Shown here one piece after another: positions 41,258-53,944 of a stretch of DNA of 64,000 nucleotides. Within the stretch, counting starts at the first letter, position 1; every line of letters starts with the position of its first letter. A program made the translations under genes and the position numbers. The stretch is from assembly GCF_009914755.1 (NCBI RefSeq), contig NC_060930.1. The stretch is one strand, 5' to 3'. The DNA is from the human T2T-CHM13v2.0 reference genome, Homo sapiens. The notes under the pieces are model-generated. The model made no database searches. It was not told the origin of the DNA and saw nothing but the letters and a program-made list of their open reading frames with translations.

Positions 41258-41947
41258 TGTGTACAGAATTGGTGGGTTCTTGGTCTTGCTGACTTTAAGA
41301 ATGAAGCCGCAGACCCTCGCTGTGTGTTACAGTTCTTAAAGATGGCGTGTCTGGAGTTTGTTTCTTCTGATATTCAGACGTGTCTGGAGTTTCTTCCTTC
41401 TGGTGGGTTCGTGGTCTCGCTGACTTCAGGAGTGAAGCTGCAGACCTTCGTGGTGAGTGTTACAGCTATAAAGGTAGTGCAGACCCAAAGAGTGAGCAGC
41501 AGCAAGATTTACTGTGAAGAGCAAAAGAACAAAGCTTCCACAGCATGGAAGGGGACCCGAGCAGGTTGCCGCTGCTGGCTCTGGTGGCCTGCTTTTATTC
41601 CTTTATTTGGCCCCACCCACATCCTGCTGATTGGTCCATTTTACAGAGCATTGACTGGTCCATTTTATGCAGTGCTGATTGTTCTGTTTTACAGAGTGCT
41701 GATTGGTGCTTTTATAATCCTTTAGCTAGACACAGAGTACTAAATGATGCATTTACAATCCTTTAGCTAGACACAAAAGTTCTCCAAGTCCTTACCCAAT
41801 TAGCTAGACACAGAGCACTGATTGGTACATTTACAAACTTTTAGCTAGACACAGAGTGCTGATTGGTGCATTTGCAATCCTTTAGCTAGACACAAAATTT
41901 CTCCAAGTCCCCACCTGACCCAGAAGCCCAGCTGGCTTCACTTCTCA
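41258..41947 (-). mobile_element. HERV9 3' LTR (LTR12 family)
   Basis: On -: TGAGAAGTGAAGCCAGCTGGGCTTCTGGGTC...CCCACCAATTCTGTACACA, preceded by purine tract TTTAGGAGGGAGAT. Confidence 0.93.
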
Positions 41948-42058
41948 ATCTCCCTCCTAAACAGGACACCACAACTGCTGTTGGGAATTTGGCCAATGAC
42001 TGCTCTAGCTACTTCCTGCTGGATAGGGGCAAAGAAGGGGCCCTGCAGTTGTAGTGTC

Positions 42059-43811
42059 CTAAAGAGGGGAACTCTTTAGGCCAGTGGAAGGGCCAGCAGG
42101 TTGGTCCACGGGTCCTTGGTAGAAGTTGTTAGTTGAACTCATTTGGGGTTCCATTTGTAAGACCATCTGTAGCTTGATGGCCTTGATTCTAGAGGAAACA
42201 AATTTGACAAGAAGGTTAAAAATACAGGGCCCAAAGGCGAGTAACAGCAAGATGGCTGCCACAGGACCTAGAAAAGGGAGAGGCAATGTTGCCCAACTCC
42301 AGAGGTTGGTATAAGAGTTTGAAAGGCATTGTCTGATTTCGGAAGCCTTTTCCTGTAAACGCCAGGAAGCATCTCTTACTATCCCTGACTGGTTAGTGTA
42401 AAAACAATACACTTCCCCTAAGAAGGTGCAGAGACCTCCTTTCTCAGCAGTGAGGAGGTCTAGGCCTCTGCAGTTTTGGAAGGTCACTGCTGCCAAAGAG
42501 TCTATTTGGGATTGTAGAGTAAGGATAGATTTCATTATTTCTTGCAAACTGTCTGAGAAATCCTTTGAGAGTGTGTGGTAGTAAGATAATGAAGTAGATA
42601 AACTGGCTCTTCTGCTCCCTGTAGCAGTAGCCATTCCTAACCCTATAAGTAGGGGTATTAGTTGTATGGCTCTGTGCTGACAGACTTGAGCTTTGAGGGG
42701 TACTGATAGGGTCTGATTTCCTAGGGCAATGTTAATGTTGGGACTTAGAAAGACTAAGGTGCAGTTGCCTGTCCAGTTAGTGGGGAGGTAAATATAGGTC
42801 GATGTTCCACATTAGAAGAATATACCTTGGCTGGGTAGACAGAATTGGTTGTGTATATTAAAAAGGTGTGTGAATTTGTTGTTTTCATTTATCCATACTC
42901 CTAGAGTACTTGCCAAGGTAGCTCCAGTAAGTGGCTGGAAAGGGGTATTGGGAGCTCCCTGTGTTCTATTTTCCCATTGGAGAAAAAAACCATTTTGTAT
43001 CTACTAGGAACCATTTGAGAGAGTGACTGAAAGAGGGGATGAGAAGGCATTCACTAGTAGTGGGGGTGCTGCTGCAGGGTGTCCAGGGGTGAATGGTCAT
43101 GCAGGGAATACGTTTGCCATTACAAAACCTGGACTGTTTGTTAAGCAGGGAGGAGGTGATGATTTTTGGGGGCCCTGAGCAGACAAACCATTTGAATGGA
43201 GCTGTTTGGGTGACTCAGAAGTTACTATGATCAGTTGGGGCTTGAAGTTGTAGGGTTTAATTACACTGATGGGGTAGTAGGTGCCCCAGGGGCAGGCCTG
43301 ATAACAGGTTGCATTGGATGCATAAAGGGGCTTGGAAAGTTAAGATGGTATTCATAGTTACAGGGCTGTGTATGGGCTTTTCATTGCTTGTGTAATAGTT
43401 GAGGTTGGAAATGTAAGAACGTAAAAGTTGGATTGCACCTCCTGTTAGGGTATTCTTGGTCCTATCAGAGATGGGTAAGTCAGCTAATGATTGCATATTT
43501 AGAAGTCAGAAAAGGTCTTTTCCTTCATAATGAGGGTGGTAGATTAAGTTGGTAAAGACCAAGTTTTTTATGGGACTGGGAGTGGCATCATAAGCAGAGG
43601 TTGATAGAGAGATACAAAGCCAACAGTCATTTGCCAGGGAAGGATTGGACTGGTTTAACAGACAGTGGGTTAAGTTGAGAGTCTTGTAGAGGTAATTAGG
43701 AGCTAGTGGAAGGGGAGTAGTGATTGTATGAGGTATCCAAGGAAGCAGGAGGGATAGATAGGCAAAGAGTAAATAGAAAGGTAAAGAGGGTGCTCTGGAA
43801 GATGACATCAT
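42059..43811 (-). pseudogene. HERV9 env, SU disrupted, TM frame open for 191 codons
   Basis: Signal-peptide-like start, CWLC motif (LANDCWLC), immunosuppressive domain FQNCRGLDLLTAEKGGLC, membrane anchor FLGPVAAILLLLAFGPC. Confidence 0.92.
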
Positions 43812-44046
43812 TTTTTCCAGGCTGAGTTAAAGGTAGGAGTAAATTGCTGTCACAAGGAAGGATGATAGAAAGAAGGTTGATGTGATTAGGATTTTCATCC
43901 TGGCAGGAGCTACAGTATATAGTCCTATCACAAAGAGTATGGTTAGTATGCTGCTTAATAATATGATGAAATAGTAAAAGGATTCCATTAAAGGGGCAAG
44001 GAGAGGTATTAAAGATAAAGATTATGTAGGTTTTCACTTATCTTTT

Positions 44047-47000
44047 TTAAGGAGGAAGGGGTTTTTCCTCAGGATTAGTGGTAGGAGCCATTTTATTCTG
44101 GGATGTTTCCTTCCGAAATAGGAGATGCAAGTCCTCCAATGGTTCACAGGTGTATTGAGGCTGGTCTGGCTGATCTTGGGACTCCTGAGCTGATGGTCTC
44201 ACAGGTTCCTCAGGGGATGTCCAAAATTTAACTCGGGTGTGGTGAATCCAAGATTTCACTCCTACCACCTTAACTGCAGTGTGGGTAGAGAGGATTATTG
44301 AGTATGACCCTTCCCACAGAGAGTCCATAGATGGGGAGGTAGAGGGGAGAGATTTGACCAACACTAGATCTCCTGGTTGAAACAACTCTGTTCCCTTTTC
44401 TCTGTGACATCCTTCAGGTAGGTTTTTAGGGTTTTGTTGATATTTTGCCGAAGAAGTTATATCTTTGAACAAGTTTGTCTTTTCCTCATCAAGTAGGAGG
44501 TCATTTGTGAGAAAATGTTGTCCATACAGCATTTCATATGGACTGAGCCCCATTTTGTGAGGAGAATTTCGGATTCTCAACAAGGCCATGGGCAAAAGAG
44601 TAGGCCATGGGAGATGTTCCTTGTGTTAGTTTCCTTAAGTGCCTCGAGTGTTTCATTTGCCTTCTTGACCTTCCCTGAGGATTGTGGCCTCCGGGCGCAG
44701 TGAAGGTGATACTGTATCCCTAGCAGCCTGGACATTCCCTGAGTTATTGTGGCTTTAAAACTGGACCATTGTCACTCTGTAAGCCTTAGGGAAGCCCAAA
44801 TCTAGGAATTATTTCATCAATTAGGACTTCAATCACTTCCTGAGTCTTCTCTGTCTTGCAGGGGAAAGCTTCTATCCAATTTGTAAAGGTATCAACACAG
44901 ACCAACAAGTATTGAAATCCCTTTGATTTAGGCCATATGGGTGAAGTCTAACTGCCAGTCCTCTCCAGGATAGTGACCTATTCTTTGTTCCCCCAAATGG
45001 GCCTTACAATGGACCAAGGGATTATTCCTTTGGCACACCTCACAGGTTTTGACTACCTGTTGGAAGGTCCAGAGTAGATTTGGCCCTGTGAATAGAGATG
45101 TGGCCATTTGATGAGTGTTTTCAATACCCATATGAAAAGTTTGGTGGAGGGTTTTAAGTATTTTCCACTGGCTGGCTTCGGGTATAAGTACCTTTCCTTC
45201 TTTTGTCGTTAACCACCCTGAGGGGAGAAAACTATGCCCCCATGAGAGTCCCCATTCTGTTTCATTTGGGGAATACTGGGGCTTAATCTCTTGGAGGGGT
45301 TTGTTCCATTCCAAGGGTCCTTCCATAGGTATTTCTAATGGGAGTATCCACCTGGCAGCAATTTTGGCCTCAGCATCTGCCTGACGGTTTCCTTCTGCCT
45401 TTTCTCCTTCACCTTTCTGATGGCTTTGGCAGTGTAAGACTGCCACCTCCTTGGGCTTTTGCAGTGCATGCAATAACTCCATAATCTCCTTGTGGCATTT
45501 AATGGGGGTACCCCCGGAGGTTAGGAACTCCCTTTCTTTCCATATTGCAGCATGGGCATGAGGGATTAGATAAGCATACTTGCTATCTGTATACACATTT
45601 ATTCTTTTTCCCTTTCCCAGTTCTAAGGCTCAGGTAAGTGCCACTAGTTCTGTTAACTGGGTGCTGGTCCCTGGGGGAAGAGGCTTACTTTCAGGTACAG
45701 TTACATCACTAACTATGTCACAACCTGCCCTTCATATCCCATTTTCTGCAAATGAACTTCCATCGGTATATAGGTTAAGGTCAGGATTAGCTAAGGGGAC
45801 TTCTAAGAGATCATCTTGGGTGGCATAAGTCTGGACTGTAATTTGTTGGCAGTCATGCTCAATTGGTTCCCCATTCTCTGGGAGAAAAGTGGCAGGGTTG
45901 AGGGCCACACATGTAGATATTTGAAGCACTGGTCCCTCAAGGAGTAGTGCCTGGTATCTAAGTAGGTGGTAGTCTGATAGCCATAAAATTCCTTTGGCAC
46001 CTAGTATGCCATTTACAACATGAGTAGTCCAGACAGTGAGATCTTTCCTTGTATTATTTTGATAGCCTCTGACATGAAGATGGCCAGTGCTGCAACTACC
46101 CTTAAACAGTGAGGCCAGCCTTTTGCTACTACATCAATTTCCTTACTTAGGTATGCCACTGGTTGTGGGGTTGTCCCAAGAGTCTGAGTAAGGACTCCAA
46201 GAGCTATCCCTGCTCTCTCTGTGACATATAAAGAGAAGTTTGTGGGAAGGCTTAAAGCTGGAACTTGTACAGGGCCTGCTTTAAGGTTTTGAAGGCTGTT
46301 TCTGCCCCTGGTTACCATTCTACTAGATAAGTATTTGCCCTCTGGGTCTCCTTGATTAGAGTATGGAGGGGCCTGACTATCTCACTGTATCCAGGGATCC
46401 ATAGTCGGCAAAAGCCGGTGATTCCAAGGAACCCCTGCAACTGTTTTAATGTCTTAGGGCAAGGATAAGCCAGTATAGGCTGTATTCATTCCTTGCTGAG
46501 GGCCCTGGTCCCTCTGGCTAAGATTAGGCCTAGATATTTAGCCTGCTGTAAGCAAAGCTGCACCTTTGACCTAGATGCCTTGTACCCTTGATTAGGTAGA
46601 AAGTTCAAGAGATCTAGAGTAGCCTGCTGGCATGAGGCTTCTGAACTGGTAGCCAAAAGTAAATCATCCACATACTGAAGGACCAAAGTGCCTGGACTTG
46701 AGAAGTGGCCTAGATCTTGGGCCAGTGCCTGACCAAACAGGTGAGGGCTATCCCTAAACCCTTGTGGCAAGACCATCCATGTAAGTTGGGACGTGTGGTC
46801 TGTGGGATCCTCAAAGGCAAACAGAAACTGGGAGTCAGAGTGCAGGGGAAACAGAAGAAGGCATCCTTGAGGTCCAGAACCATGAACCATTCTGCTTCCT
46901 CTGGTATTTGAGAAAGCAGGGTATAGGGGTTGGGTACAACTGGATATAGAGGAATTACTGCCTCATTGATGAGTCTAAGATCTTGCACTAGTCTCCAGTG

Positions 47001-47607
47001 ACCATTTGGTTTTTGTACTCCTAGAATTGGGGTGTTGCAGGGACTGCTGCATTTCCTTACTAAGCCTTGAGCTTTTAAATGTTTAACAATATCCTGTAAT
47101 CCTTTAAGAGCTTCAGGCCTTAAGGGATATTGCCTTTGATAAGGAAAAGTGGTGGAGTCTTTTAGCCTGATTTGGACTGGGTGGGCATTTTTTGCCCTTC
47201 CAAATTGTCCTTCCAATGCCCAGACTTCAGGGTTAATTCCCTCCTCAAGTAAGGGACAACAAATGGGTAACTTGTTCCCCATATTCATGTAGATAATAGC
47301 TCCAGCTTTGGCTAATATATCTCCCTAATAAAGGTGTGGGACTTTCAGGCATAACAAGAAAGGCATACAGAAAGAGCAAAGTCTCCCAATTACAACTGAG
47401 GAGGTGGGAGAAACACCTGGTTACAGGCTGCCCCAGGATTCCTCGGATGGTAACAGACCTTGAGGACAGTCATCCAGGACAGGAGATTAGCACTGAGAAG
47501 GACGTGCCAGTGTCCAGGAGGAAGTCATTTTCCTGGCCCTCAATGGTTAAACATACCTGGGGCTCAGTGAGGGTGATGACATGAGCTGGCGTTTGCCCTG
47601 GGCACCC
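44047..47607 (-). pseudogene. HERV9 pro-pol (protease, RT, RNase H, integrase), frameshifted
   Basis: WRLVQDLR, VLDLKDAFF, LPQGFRDSP, QYVDDLLL (RT); YTDGSS and YTDSKYA (RNase H); HQTFH...CEVC and WQLDFTHM (integrase). Confidence 0.95.
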
Positions 47608-49069
47608 TCAGTCCTGTTGTTGGATCATCAGGTTGGGGGCTTCCAACCTAGAGAAACTTTGTCCTCTGGGGCAGTGCACCTTCCAGTGATTGCCTCGGCA
47701 TAGTAGACACAGATAAGGGGGCAGCTTGTTTCTCACTGGACAATCTTTTTTAAAGTGTCCTTGTAAACCACACTGATAACAAGCCCTACCAGCTGATTGG
47801 CCTGCTCCATTTTCTGTCCTCTCTGAACCACCAAAGTTTGTTGGTCTGAGGGCCATGACTAAGGCTGCGGCCTTTTTCTGATCTCTTTTCCTTTGGGCCT
47901 GTTCCTCTTGGTCCCTATTATAGAACACCACGGTTGCCAGGTTTAATAATGCCTCAATATTTTGTTCAGGGCCCAGGGCTTGCTTTTGGAGCTTTCTACT
48001 GATATCTGCTGCTGATTGGGTAATAAACTTATCTTTTAGAATCAATTGACCCTCGAGTGATTCAGGTGACAGTGGAGTATATTTTCTTAAGGTCTCCTGA
48101 AGCCACTTGAAGAAGGCAGAAGGATTTTCTTCCTTTCCCTGATTTATGGTGGACATCATTGAATAAATCATGGGCTTTTTCCTAATTCTCCTTAGTCCTT
48201 CCAGAACACAGGTCAACAGATGTTTACGACTCCAGTCCCCATGATCTGAGTTGAGGTCCCAGTGGGGATCCATACTGGGGATGGCTTGCTGGCCAGTAGG
48301 GAATTTATCTCTTTCTTCGGCTGTCATTCTATCATTTACTTGACTAAGATACCAGGTATCTCCAAACTCTCAGGCTGCAGCTACAGCCACATTCTTTTCA
48401 TTAAAGGCCAGGGTTTGATCTAACAATAGCATGACATCTCTCCAAGTGAGATCGAAGGTTTGCCCTAGACCCTGGAGGACATCTATGTGCCTATCAGGAT
48501 CATCTGAAAACTTCCCCCAGTCTGCCTTGATCTGCTTTAAATCACAGAGGGAGAAGGGGACATGTACCTGGGTTGGGCCAAATTCTCCACCCCCTACAGC
48601 TTGAAGGGGACATAACCGATAGCCCAGGGGTTTTTGTGGTCCTTTGGAGATTTCTTTGCTTATTTCCTTCTGGGCAGGGGAGATTGGAGGAGGCTTGCCA
48701 TTAATAGGAAGGAGAGCTCTAGGGAGGCTAGGATATGGGGGTAAGCTGAAAGGTCCTCCTGTGGGATGTAAATTGCAAGCTTTGCATAGTTGTATATTCT
48801 CCTTCAGTGAAAAGAAAGCTTGTAATACCTTATGGTATTTCACTCCATTTACCTTCCCTCTTACAGAAAAGGTCAACCTGCAGGATAGTATTGTAATTTA
48901 TACTTCCCTCAGGTGGCCATTTTTCCCCATCAGAGAGAGAATATTGGGGTCAGGCTGTAGTGCAGAAAAAAATGAGCTGCCTCTTTTTCAGGGTTTGTGG
49001 GTCAAATTGGTCCCAATGGCTTAGGATACATTTCAAGGGTGAGCGTGTTGATGCCTGAGTGTTTCCTAT
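47608..49069 (-). pseudogene. HERV9 gag, disrupted; expected start codon reads ATA
   Basis: GNTQAS N-terminus, QGKEENPSAF major-homology-like region, zinc knuckle CYQCGLQGHFKKDC, stop after IQQQD. Confidence 0.92.
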
Positions 49070-49105
49070 CAAACCGCCCATAGTTTTGGTTTGTTTTGTT
49101 TCTCC

Positions 49106-49430
49106 CCCTGCCCAAGAACCCACAATGGTCCCTGGACACTGCTGATCAGAATAGTTGCAATCACCGATGCAGCAGCAGAAACAACCCCTGCCCAAGAACT
49201 GGCAACAGTCTCTGGACCCTGCTGATTGGAATAGTTGTGCTCACCGACACAGCATCAGAAACACTAGATTTCCTCCTAGACCACAAGGAGGACCGAGGAA
49301 GGTAGGATTTAGTGGCCATTACCGATGCATTCTCAAAAACCTGTACCCTTGCCTGTCATCCTAGACCACAAAAAGGACCGAGAAAAATAGGATTTGGTGA
49401 CCCTTATGACATATTCTTGAAAACCTGGTA
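49106..49430. repeat. Two tandem duplications in the HERV9 leader (about 80 bp x2 and about 85 bp x2)
   Basis: CCCTGCCCAAGAAC...GAATAGTTG...CAGAAACA occurs twice; CCTAGACCACAA...GGACCGAG...AGGATTT...AAAACCTG occurs twice. Confidence 0.85.
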
Positions 49431-50325
49431 GAGTCCTAAGCATTCTCCTGTTAGTATTGGGACCTTACCCGTGTCCTATAAAGATGTTATGCCCCAAAAA
49501 TGAAGTTGAGGGCCATAACCTGAGGGAGGGAAGGGATCTCCAGAGTTGGAAGAGTGATGCCTTTTGTCCTCATTTATATGAATAGGAAGGATACAATTTA
49601 TGAGGCTCCCCATATCCTAGCTTCAGGAATAGCTTTTGTTAGGCCTGCTATTCTAAGGAAGGATCCTAAAATTCCAGATAGTCCCCACTGCGACAGGGCT
49701 TTGGGAAAAAATTATGTCTTTCTGATTGGTGAGCCCAGTTGCCTAAAGAAGGGAATAGATTCCTGGAGTTTATACTAGAAATCATTCTTATAGGAGAAAC
49801 TAGAAAAGCACCAGAGACAGGGAGTGGTTTTTAGAAGCAGGACTAGCCTTGGAGAAGAGAGGTGAGAGGAAGTTTGTCTGGCAGGCATTAGGACCCAGGA
49901 GGCAAGGGTCAGGGTAGATAGAATAGATGGGCAAGTCTCGCTTGGGTGACATGACTTTGAGAGTTCCGCTCATGACTGCAGGGTCAACCAACTTGTTTTC
50001 GGGACCCCCAGAGCTAAATGGCTTTCCTCTCTGTTGACCCTTGGCTCAGCCTAGAAGTATAGGAAAAGTGGAAGCTGGTTCCAGGCAAACCAACGCTCCC
50101 AACTCCAAAGAGTCAAGGGTTGTTAGAGAGCCCTTTCCCAGAAAGCCTGACACCCGTGTTTTTAGTCCAGTGGCCGTGCTAGTCACTATTAACTGGCTGA
50201 CAGGTGCCCAGTATTTAGCCCCTGAATTCTAAGGAAAAATAGGACAGAATACCAAGTGAAAGGGGTCTGATGGTACTCACTGCTTGGTGCTATGCAATAG
50301 TCTCACCGCTTGGCGATAGGTGATA

Positions 50326-50343
50326 GTCACTTCGTGGTTGCCA
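50326..50343 (-). promoter_or_regulatory. Retroviral primer binding site, tRNA-Arg type
   Basis: TGGCAACCACGAAGTGAC, 3 nt after the 5' LTR; two mismatches to the recalled TGGCGACCACGAAGGGAC. Confidence 0.85.
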
Positions 50344-50346
50344 AAA

Positions 50347-51029
50347 TGTGTCCAGAATTGGTGGGTTCTTGGTTTCAGTGACTTCAAGAATGAAGCTGTG
50401 GAACCTCGTGGTGAGTGTTACAGTTCTTAAAGATGGTGTGTCCAGAGTTTATTCCTTCTGATGTTCAGATGTGTCTGGAATTTCTTCCTTCTGGTGGGTT
50501 TGTGGTCTCGCTGACTTCAGGAGTGAAGCTTTGTGGTGAGTGTTACAGCTCTTAAAGTCAGCGCGTCTGGAGTTGTTCGTTCCTCCCGGTGGGTTCGTTG
50601 TCTCACTGACTTCAGGAATGAAGCTGCAAACCTTTGCAGTGAGTGTTACAGCTCATAAAGGTAGTGCGGACCCAAAGAGTGAGCAGTGGCAAGATTTATT
50701 GTGAAGAGCGAAAGAACAAAGGTTCCACAGCGTGGAAGGGGACCCGAGCGAGTTGCCGCTGCTGGCTCAGGTGTCCTGCTTTTATCCCGTTATTTGGCCC
50801 CACCTACATCCTGCTGATTGGTCCATTTTACAGAGCTCTGATTGGTCCATTTTACGGAGTGCTGATTGGTCCATTTTACGGAGTGCTGATTGGTCCATTT
50901 TACAGAGTGCTGATTGGTGTGTTTACAATCCTTTAGCTAGACACAGAGTGCTGATTGGTGCATTTACAATCCTTTAGCTAGACGCAAAAGTTCTCCAAGT
51001 CCCCACCCAATTAGCTAGACACAGAGTGC
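50347..51029 (-). mobile_element. HERV9 5' LTR (LTR12 family), U3 5'-truncated, with CCAAT-box array
   Basis: Homologous to 41258-41818; four 24-bp CTGATTGGTCCATTTTAC units at 50814-50909; homology stops at ACAGAGTGC (51029). Confidence 0.93.
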
Positions 51030-51339
51030 AAGCTCACAGTGTTGTTAGTTTGAGATCAAATATTAAAAGAAGGAATGCATTAAAGTTTCACTTGACTACA
51101 GCTTCTTTTTTAGCCTTTAAAAAGCGAAATAATTCTTCAACTAATTGAACATCATTCCTTATAAATAATAATAAAATAATAAAATAATATTATACAAATA
51201 ATATAAAATACTTATAAATAAAATAATAAAGTAAAAATTTGAAATTAGCAATGTTTATTTGAATAAAATGTCATGATTATTCTGCATTGATAATGTTCAA
51301 CTTTGGCTTCACGTGAGATTGACGGTTGATTTTAGCACC

Positions 51340-51462
51340 TAGCCATTTGCTATTCATCTAAAATACATATTTTATGCACCTCTTTTTTAACATTTGTAAA
51401 GTAGTTAGCATAGTTCTAGCACATAGTCAATAAAGGCTATCTACTTAGTGTTACTATTATTA
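51340..51462 (+). mobile_element. MIR 3' fragment
   Basis: TGTAAAGTAGTTAGCATAGTTCTAGCACATAGTCAATAAA...TTACTATTATT. Confidence 0.55.
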
Positions 51463-51479
51463 GAGCAAATTGAAGCAAT

Positions 51480-51900
51480 CTAATTAGATATTTTTTAATG
51501 TTACAACAATAGTGTTGAGGAGGTAATTGGAACAAAGGTCCATCTTATACATTGATGATGTAAGTACAAATTGACCTACTTTGGATAATTTGTAAATATG
51601 AATTAGAGGTCTTTAAACTGTCACTACTTATTGGTCCAGATGTTTCTACTTCTAGAAATTTATCATCAAGGGAAAAAGCCAGATAAGTTCGCAAAAATAA
51701 ATGTACATGAAAGTTGATCTTAACGTGGCTTTTAATAGGAAAAATTGAATATAAAGTAGATATCAAAATATAGATTAAATAAATCAAGGTATCCATATAA
51801 TCATGTACTGAGTTTCTGTTTAAAATGAGAATTTGGAAAGTATATTTCTTGATATGAAAATGTTGCAGTAATATATTGTTAAGTGGAAAGCCAGTTAAAT
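51480..51900 (+). mobile_element. Old L1ME-type ORF2 end / 3'UTR fragment
   Basis: TTTCTACTTCTAGAAATTTATC...GGTATCCATATAATCATGTACT...AATATATTGTTAAGTGGAAA. Confidence 0.55.
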
Positions 51901-51914
51901 TTCCATTTGCATTA

Positions 51915-52347
51915 CTACAGTGTATATAACAGACAATGAAACAAAACCACTTCATAATGTTGTCTAAGCACCAATGAAAACAAGGTCACTGTGAGTACTG
52001 CATTACTAAATATCCTTCTCTTCTAGCTGATAGGAGTGACTGTGGCTTCCTTATAGCTTTAAACACTCCAGGTTTTTTCATCATTCTAGATAAGATTAGT
52101 AAAGATACCTGATTATAGAATTAAACTGCTTCTTCACAGCATACAATGCAGAGCAAATCCCAGTTTCCTTGAACCCCTTCAAAATCACTTTGCCCAAATC
52201 CTAAAATAAATCCTTTTTAATACACTTTAATTGAGACACCCTCTGGTTCCCCATGGTGTGTGTTCTCCCATGTTGCAATGAGTAATAAACTCAACTTTGT
52301 AAAGATACAGGTATGTTCCTGGTGGTCTTTGCTGGAGAACATTGAAA
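51915..52347 (+). mobile_element. ERV solo LTR, family unresolved
   Basis: LTR-like 3' half GTTCCCCATGGTGTGTGTTCTC...GAGTAATAAACTCAACTTTG...GTTCCTGGTGGTCTTTG; apparently inserted in the old L1; 5' boundary approximate. Confidence 0.5.
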
Positions 52348-52754
52348 ATTTATATATTATATTATATGTATATTATATAATATTACATTATATAACATTA
52401 TATATTAACATTTAATTTTAAAGTGATTGTTTATAATAGTGTAATTTGTATTTTGGATTTAATTCATTTTTTCTTATACAAGTAACATTGATTTTTTAAA
52501 ATTAAAAAATGTAATATATATGTTGGAATTTCTGTAAAATTGTTGAGGACAATAATTCATCACCGTATTGTGGACCCACAGGAGAATTTTCTTTTAAGCT
52601 TCAATACTTTTCATAGCTGTGTTTTCAAAGAACACTGTGAATCATATTACTCGTGGTACCTCCTTGTATTTCAGTTTACACTAGCAAATGCTTTAGTTGC
52701 CATAATCTTGTCTACTAATATCACTACAAGTTTTATCATATTTACTTATTTATT

Positions 52755-52960
52755 TTTAAGTTTATATTTGGTACCTAGTAATTATACATATTTATGTGCT
52801 ATAGTGTGATATATCGATGCATGTACACATAGTATAAAAATCAAATCAGGATAATTATCATATTCATCATTTTAAACATTTATCCTTTATTGTGGTATCA
52901 ACATGCAAAAATCTCTTCTCACTATCTTAAAATATACAATACATTATTATTTAGAATAAC
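52755..52960 (-). mobile_element. Short L1MA 3' terminus
   Basis: TTATACATATTTATGTG...TCAAATCAGGATAATT...AAACATTTATC...AAATATACAATACATTATT. Confidence 0.7.
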
Positions 52961-53299
52961 CCATATTTTCCTGTGCTTCTACTTTTTAAATCACGTAAAA
53001 ATGATTTTATTTTGCCTTTTCTTGCAAATGGCCTTAAATAAACTTAGTCAGAAAATTGATTATAAATAAAATAAATACTTTTATTTGGTTGAGAGTTTTA
53101 AAATGGTACTATTTATTAAAGCACACATTGGTCACACAAAAGTTATTTCAAAATTATCCACAGATTTTTTTTAAAATGTGGAAGTCAAACAATGAAAACT
53201 TATCAAAATAAGCAAGAAATAATAGACCTGATTATTTCAATAATCAAGACATATGCATGTACAGACACAAATTGCCCACATTTATTTATTCATAACTTT

Positions 53300-53520
53300 T
53301 AATATTTTAAAATTGACAAATAAAATTGAATATATTTATCATGTACAACATATGGTTTGAAGTATATATACATTGTGAAATGATTCAATCTACCTAATTA
53401 ACAAATGTATTACCTAACATAGTTATCATTTTTGTGGTGAGAGTACTTACTATCTACTCTCTTTACATTTTCAAGAATATAACATATTGTCATTAATTAT
53501 AGTCCCCATGCTATATACAG
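53300..53520 (-). mobile_element. Short L1MA 3' terminus
   Basis: AATTGACAAATAAAATTG...ATGTACAACAT...CATAGTTATCATTTTTGTGGTGAGA...ATTTTCAAGAATATAAC. Confidence 0.8.
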
Positions 53521-53944
53521 CAGAATTTGTCAAGATAAATTCTGATGATGATTGTATTTTCAGAAATTTCTATTATTTTAAGCATGTTCGGTGTTTATCT
53601 TTTTGGAAAAAAAGAGGTTATTTTTACTCTTCAAGATTAGCAAAATGTAGTTATCAGTAGCTATGCAGTAAACTAAACAGATATTTAAAATTTTAAAAAT
53701 AATCTAATTCTCATCTCTATTTCCCTCACTGAGAATATTAGGATTCTAATTTAACGTGTGGCACCTTTTAAAGTAGAATAATGTTGAGACATGACTCTGA
53801 GATTTAGAAAACAGACAAGGTTTCCTCCTCCATTTAAGAGTTATTGTCTTACATCATTTTATTTAATTGTTTTAATTAGAACTCAGAACTCAGTGAAACA
53901 GTGAATTGCATGAACTATGGAGTCAGATTACTCTATATGAATTC

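Larger units (their letters stand above)
41258..51029 (-). mobile_element. HERV9 provirus with LTR12-family LTRs, near full length, decayed
   Basis: LTR-PBS-gag-pro-pol-env-PPT-LTR order on -; LTR12 hallmark repeats GCTAGACACAGAGTGCTGATTGG; tRNA-Arg PBS. Confidence 0.95.

Noticed and set aside
44047-49069. Replication-competent or co-opted gag-pol
   Set aside because: Broken into many frames and the gag start is mutated, despite an intact YVDD.
50814-51029. Periodic CTGATTGG / GCTAGACAC repeats and the repetitive ORF ADWSILRS
   Set aside because: These are standard LTR12 U3 tandem repeats without unique spacers; the peptide periodicity just reflects the 24-bp unit.
51545-51955. 136-aa - strand ORF
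   Set aside because: Antisense to an old L1 fragment, AT-biased composition, no recognisable domain.
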